Source of the DNA: Setoptus koraiensis
Taxonomy: Eukaryota > Animalia > Arthropoda
Assembly (NCBI GenBank): GCA_048013815.1
Contig: CM106586.1
Location: 3,596,001 to 3,660,000, forward strand
DNA length: 64,000 bases
Direction of reading: 5' to 3'
The notes beneath the pieces are model-generated. The model was not told where the DNA came from. It was given only the letters and a program-made list of their open reading frames with translations, and searched no databases. The number at the start of each line of letters is the position of its first letter. Positions within the stretch are counted from its first letter, which is position 1. Shown one piece after another: positions 59,754-64,000 of this stretch. The translations under genes and the position numbers were made by a program.

Positions 59754-61557
59754 AACGGTAACCCGCAATCCGTTACTGCAATCAATTTGGCATTGTTGTT
59801 AGCACGACCTTGTCTAATGCGCCAGCGTCGCTGCCGTCTCACAAATTGTCCGACGCTCATCAAATGATCGCATGATGAGCGCACAGGTAAACCGTTGCCG
59901 TTACGTCATTTCATTTCACCGTGCACACAGTCTCGTCGTCTATACTCTATAGTCTAGACTCTAGACGCAGCATAAATATTTAAAAGTTGTTTGTATGTGA
60001 CGCAACCGCTGCTGTGCTGATTGACGTGATTGGGTCAGCTGATGTGGGATAAAATCGGTGAAATCAGCCGATCGATCGATCGTTATTAGATTATCGTCGG
60101 GTTGCAAGCGGCGAGCGCATCTCCCACACGGGACATCGTGCCGGCATTGCGCAATTAGTTTCCGCGCAGCGCATCAAGCAGCGATTAATCGCGGCTGTTA
60201 CCGGACGAAACCGGCGGCGCTGTCGTCGTTGTTGCCGTCGTTGTTGTTGTTGTTGGCGTGGTTGTCGTTGTTGTTGGCGCGGTTGTTGGCGCGGTTGTGC
60301 GAGGAGAGTGAAACGAAATATCAATCATTAGCGGCCGACAGGCAGGAATTATCCGCGATTTGAGAGCGTGTGAGACGGCGAGTCGCAGTTTGATTGTTTC
60401 ATTTGTTGCGCTAGCAACAACAGCAACAACAGCGACAACAACAACAACGATAATGGTTGCACAAGTGCCGGCCGATGCGAACAACATGCCGCGGACATGT
60501 CACTCTCGCTCGGCCCGATCCGTTCGCAGACTCCACTCAATTATTAATTAATTAGTGAGATTCTTCGCTTCGCTTGGCTCGTTCGCTCGGCTCGTTCGCG
60601 TCAGCGTTCTGTTGCGTTCGGTTGTGCTCGGTTTCGCCCAGTTTCGCTCGCAAGTTTTGGCTGCTTTCGCTTGGTTCGCAGCAACCGTTCGGAACACACT
60701 CATTTGGCCGTTCGCAGCCGAGCCAACAAACAACAATGAGCGGCCATGTTGTCGACGCTGTTGTTGTTGCTGCTGTTGTTGTTGTTGGCGCACTGGTGCA
60801 AATTAAACAAACCATCGCATGACGACTTGTGACTTGCGTCGCTTCTTCGGGCCGCTCGCTGGCTTGTTTGCCCAACTGGCCGGCAAACAAGCTCCGGCCT
60901 CCAATAAATTCAGACACAGTCATTAAAGTGGCGGCAATTAACTATGGCCATCGGCCGCGACAAACTGCCTCGAGGCGATTGACCTCGGCTGCCCGTTATC
61001 ATTATCGCTGTCCGTCGCTTTATCCGCGCCCGCGCGACACATCCGCCGGCCGGCCCGACAGCCCGCGCTCTGGGGCCAGCGGGCCACAGAGCGAGCCACA
61101 GAGTCACGGAGCGAGCCACAGAGCCACGGAGCGGCCCCAAATCTCGGGTTCGCTGCTCGCCAGGTCGGCACCGACCAGCTGGCCGGTGTGCGGCGATTGG
61201 GCCCCGATCTCACAATGCTAAGATATAAAAATATAATAATATATCAGGCGATATAATAAGCGCCAGTGGGCCAAATGAACGCGAAATGGAAATTGATTTC
61301 GCGTTAGTTTCATCGCGTCTCAAGCCACCGATACAACACAATAGACGCCACCAGTGCCCTAGTCTAAACACTAATTAATACCCAAACACTAATTACTACC
61401 CATACGCTAATCACTACCCAAACACTGATCACTAATCAATTTTCTTTATAATTTTCTCATCAATTTTCTCCAAAATATTACTCTCAATACGACTGACGAA
61501 AACTGACCATTGCGCAACGTGATTGCCCATCGCATCGATTCGGCATCGACACAATAG

Positions 61558-61682
61558 CTGCGAGAACAAACAATCGTGCCAACTGCTCGCCTCCAATTCT
61601 GTCTTTGGAGACCCATGCCCCGGCACTCAAAAGTACCTCGAGGTACACTACCAGTGCATGTCTGCGCCCAGGAATCAAACAG
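61558..61682 (+). CDS. Cirl: Latrophilin/Cirl exon: second half of the lectin domain; the gene continues beyond the window
   Basis: (S)CENKQSCQLLASNSVFGDPCPGTQKYLEVHYQC matches the latrophilin FGDPCPGTxKYLE motif. The acaatag| phase-2 acceptor completes AG|C (Ser). Donor ACA G|gtgagt. Confidence 0.92.
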
Positions 61683-62723
61683 GTGAGTTGGCCATCCACA
61701 CGTCATTGCTACATTGCTTCTATTACGTCATTGCGTCGTTGCGTCATTGTTTTTGCAAATGGCGAGCGGCCGAACGACGGCTGCCGATAATGTTGTCGAT
61801 AGTGGACAAGAAAGTTGGCAAGTTGCACAAAGTGACAGCTCGGCCCCATCGCGGCGTCGCAGGCGAACAGCGACAAAGAATTTATCACTCCATAAAACGG
61901 CTCGCCGTCGATGGAATCTCTGGCTCTCGGTTGCAGCGTCATTTGCGAGTCGCAAATTGTGAGTCGCACTTGTTGTGAGCAAGACGCGATATTCAACGCG
62001 ATTTAATGGGCACATCGATGATGAATGAAGCGGCTCGGAGTGACCGCCGAACGCGTTTACGAGTCGCGCTTGTGTGAGCCGTCGAACTTAAAACGGTCGC
62101 CATTGTCGATGATTGCGTTCGCCCGCACTGGAATAACTCGCAACAATTCGAGCAATTCGTCGGGCGAACTCGGCTTCGGATTCTGATTCGACTTCGGATT
62201 CGGATTCTGATTCGACTTCGGATTCGAATTCGAATTCGAATTTGAATCGGAATGGCCGTGGCCGTGGCTGTGCAACTGGCGCGGCGGGACGAGCGCGTTC
62301 TTTTGTTCCAGTTCGATGGGGGCGGCAACCTGTCGATTGTAGCGAACGCCCGGCGAATGGCCACTGCCAATGAGAGCTGTCGATTCGATGGCATTGCAGT
62401 TCATTATTATCACTTATCGCGCGCACACTTTCGCAGCGAATCACACACACACACACACCGAATCAATCATTGCCCATAATGACGTGAACTGGTGAGAATT
62501 CTCTCTATCACTTTTATTTCATTTTATCACTTATTATTGCCATCATCGGCCGACCATCGGCGAACCTGAATACCGCTGAATAGCGCATATAAACGCTGCT
62601 TACGAATGTTTAAATACTACATGCATAAATATATAGATATATTCGGATATAGGCGCGCAGGTGAGCCGCTCGAGCAGCCGTTTGGGCCATTTAATTAGCG
62701 AGCATTGCGATTGTTTAAATGAT

Positions 62724-62835
62724 GTTCAAATGTCTGAACGTTCAAATGTCTGAACGTTCAAATGTCTGAACGTTCAAATGTCTGAACGTCCAAATGTCTG
62801 AACGTTCAAATGTTTGAATGTTTAAATGTTTGAAT
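62724..62835. repeat. 16-bp minisatellite GTTCAAATGTCTGAAC x7
   Basis: Four perfect and three progressively diverged copies. Confidence 0.95.
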
Positions 62836-63070
62836 GTGGCGCTGCAAACGGGCCCAAGTGAATGTTGTTGCCGATGCAATTTCGTTTTATTTCATCTTAC
62901 TTTTTGCATTGCATTGCCATTATTCAAGCCGGCACCTGTTGCTGGCTGCATCGAACACAGTGTGTAATGGCCGCGTTAATTATCATTAAATTATTATAGA
63001 TCATTCATTATTGGATTGGCCGCTTGGCGACGTCTCGTGAATGAATTGCCCTCGGTGCATTCTTGGCGGC

Positions 63071-63140
63071 GCGGTTCGGCGCGGTTCGGCGCGGTTCGGC
63101 GCGGTTCGGCGCGGTTCGGCGCGGTTCGGCGCGGTTCGGG
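63071..63140. repeat. 10-bp tandem repeat GCGGTTCGGC x7
   Basis: Six perfect copies plus one variant. Confidence 0.97.
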
Positions 63141-64000
63141 CCGCACCGCGCAAATGCGCAATGCTCAGCGACAGCCATAAACAAGCAACAGCTCGTCGGA
63201 GCACAATTAACGCCGGCTCGCAATTATCCTGTTTGCCATTGTTGTAGCTGTCGTTGTTGCTGTTGCCGTCGCTGTCGCTGTCGTTGCAGCGAGCTCGAGC
63301 GGCCCAGAATTCAGGCGAAAAACTTAAATGGTTGTCTCGTTAATAGATAGCGCCAATTATGATAATTATCTGGCGTGTTGCAACTTGCGCGACCGGCCAG
63401 CGAACCAGCGGCCAGACTGCGGCCATGCAAATGGCCGCACAACAAACTCACCGTGCGGCCTATAACATATATGTGAGCCCTATACCGTGCGTCCGATTAA
63501 TTTCCATCTTTGCGACTAATTGCGACGACTCGCAAACGTGTCGCCGGGCAACACCGGCCAACCGGCGAGCCGCCAATTCGCTCCGGCGAGCACCGACTCG
63601 CCGCAGTTCGGATCGCCCAATCGGCGCTCGAATCGAACGCTCAGTCGGCGCTCTTGGCACTCGATTCGAACGCTCGGCTGGCACTCGAATCCAAGCGAAC
63701 GCTCGGCTGGAATTCGACTCGACTTGGCTCAACTCGACTCGGCTCGATTCGATTCGAAGCGCGAGGCGGCGCGTCGCCGGCGTCGGGTTATCAGGTGGCC
63801 CTAATTAGCCGTGCGTCTCGGCGAGCCGATGCCGAGCGGCATAGCGATCCGTCGATAGGGCGATGCAGCGATAAGCGGCGACAAAGGTGACTTATATAAT
63901 GGGCATTGCATAACAAATATATAGTGAAAAATGCGCAAATTGGAGCGGACGAGCGCTGATTAGATCATCAATAATGACGCATCATGTAACAGGGGCTCAT

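Noticed and set aside
6879-61682. Functional synaptic gene cluster (Hillarin, liprins, ADAM17, Cirl)
   Set aside because: Neural or adhesion roles are broad, CCDC25 and the orphan are interspersed, and the sequence gives no evidence of co-regulation beyond the liprin pair.
28300-64000. Hundreds of overlapping 60-300 aa ORFs on both strands (e.g. 33063-33950, 35944-36750, 54390-55295)
   Set aside because: R/A/S/C-rich or repeat-derived translations with no domain motifs, stacked in several frames. They are expected in GC-rich, stop-poor intron DNA.

Overview
Eukaryotic genomic DNA from an arthropod. The protein sequences and the mostly intronless genes suggest an acariform (possibly eriophyoid) mite, which is inference only. 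No rRNA, tRNA, CRISPR array or autonomous transposon was recognised. The window has three compositional blocks. (1) About 1-10 kb, GC-rich and repeat-rich: the 3' part of a Hillarin gene (+), with a 32-nt exon, a 153-nt exon and a long terminal exon, preceded by an intron of at least 6.8 kb. (2) About 10.7-26 kb, AT-rich, gene-dense and almost intronless: an orphan putatively secreted Q/N-rich protein (+), Liprin-beta (-, spliced), Liprin-alpha (-, one 4-kb ORF), CCDC25 (-) and ADAM17/TACE (-). (3) About 26.7-64 kb, GC-rich: a fold-back MITE-like element, then the 5' end of a latrophilin/Cirl adhesion GPCR (+). Three short Cirl exons are separated by introns of 14.0 and 19.0 kb, and the second intron splits the lectin domain. 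Most of the roughly 300 ORFs in the supplied track are stop-poor shadows of GC-rich, tandemly duplicated intron DNA. I found no self-evident new system. The best leads are the two-compartment architecture, the adjacent Liprin-alpha/beta pair, perfect intronic hairpins (one hiding an AG|GT site), A/C-rich splice acceptors, a recurrent CTCACCTGTGC motif and in-frame exitron-like inserts.
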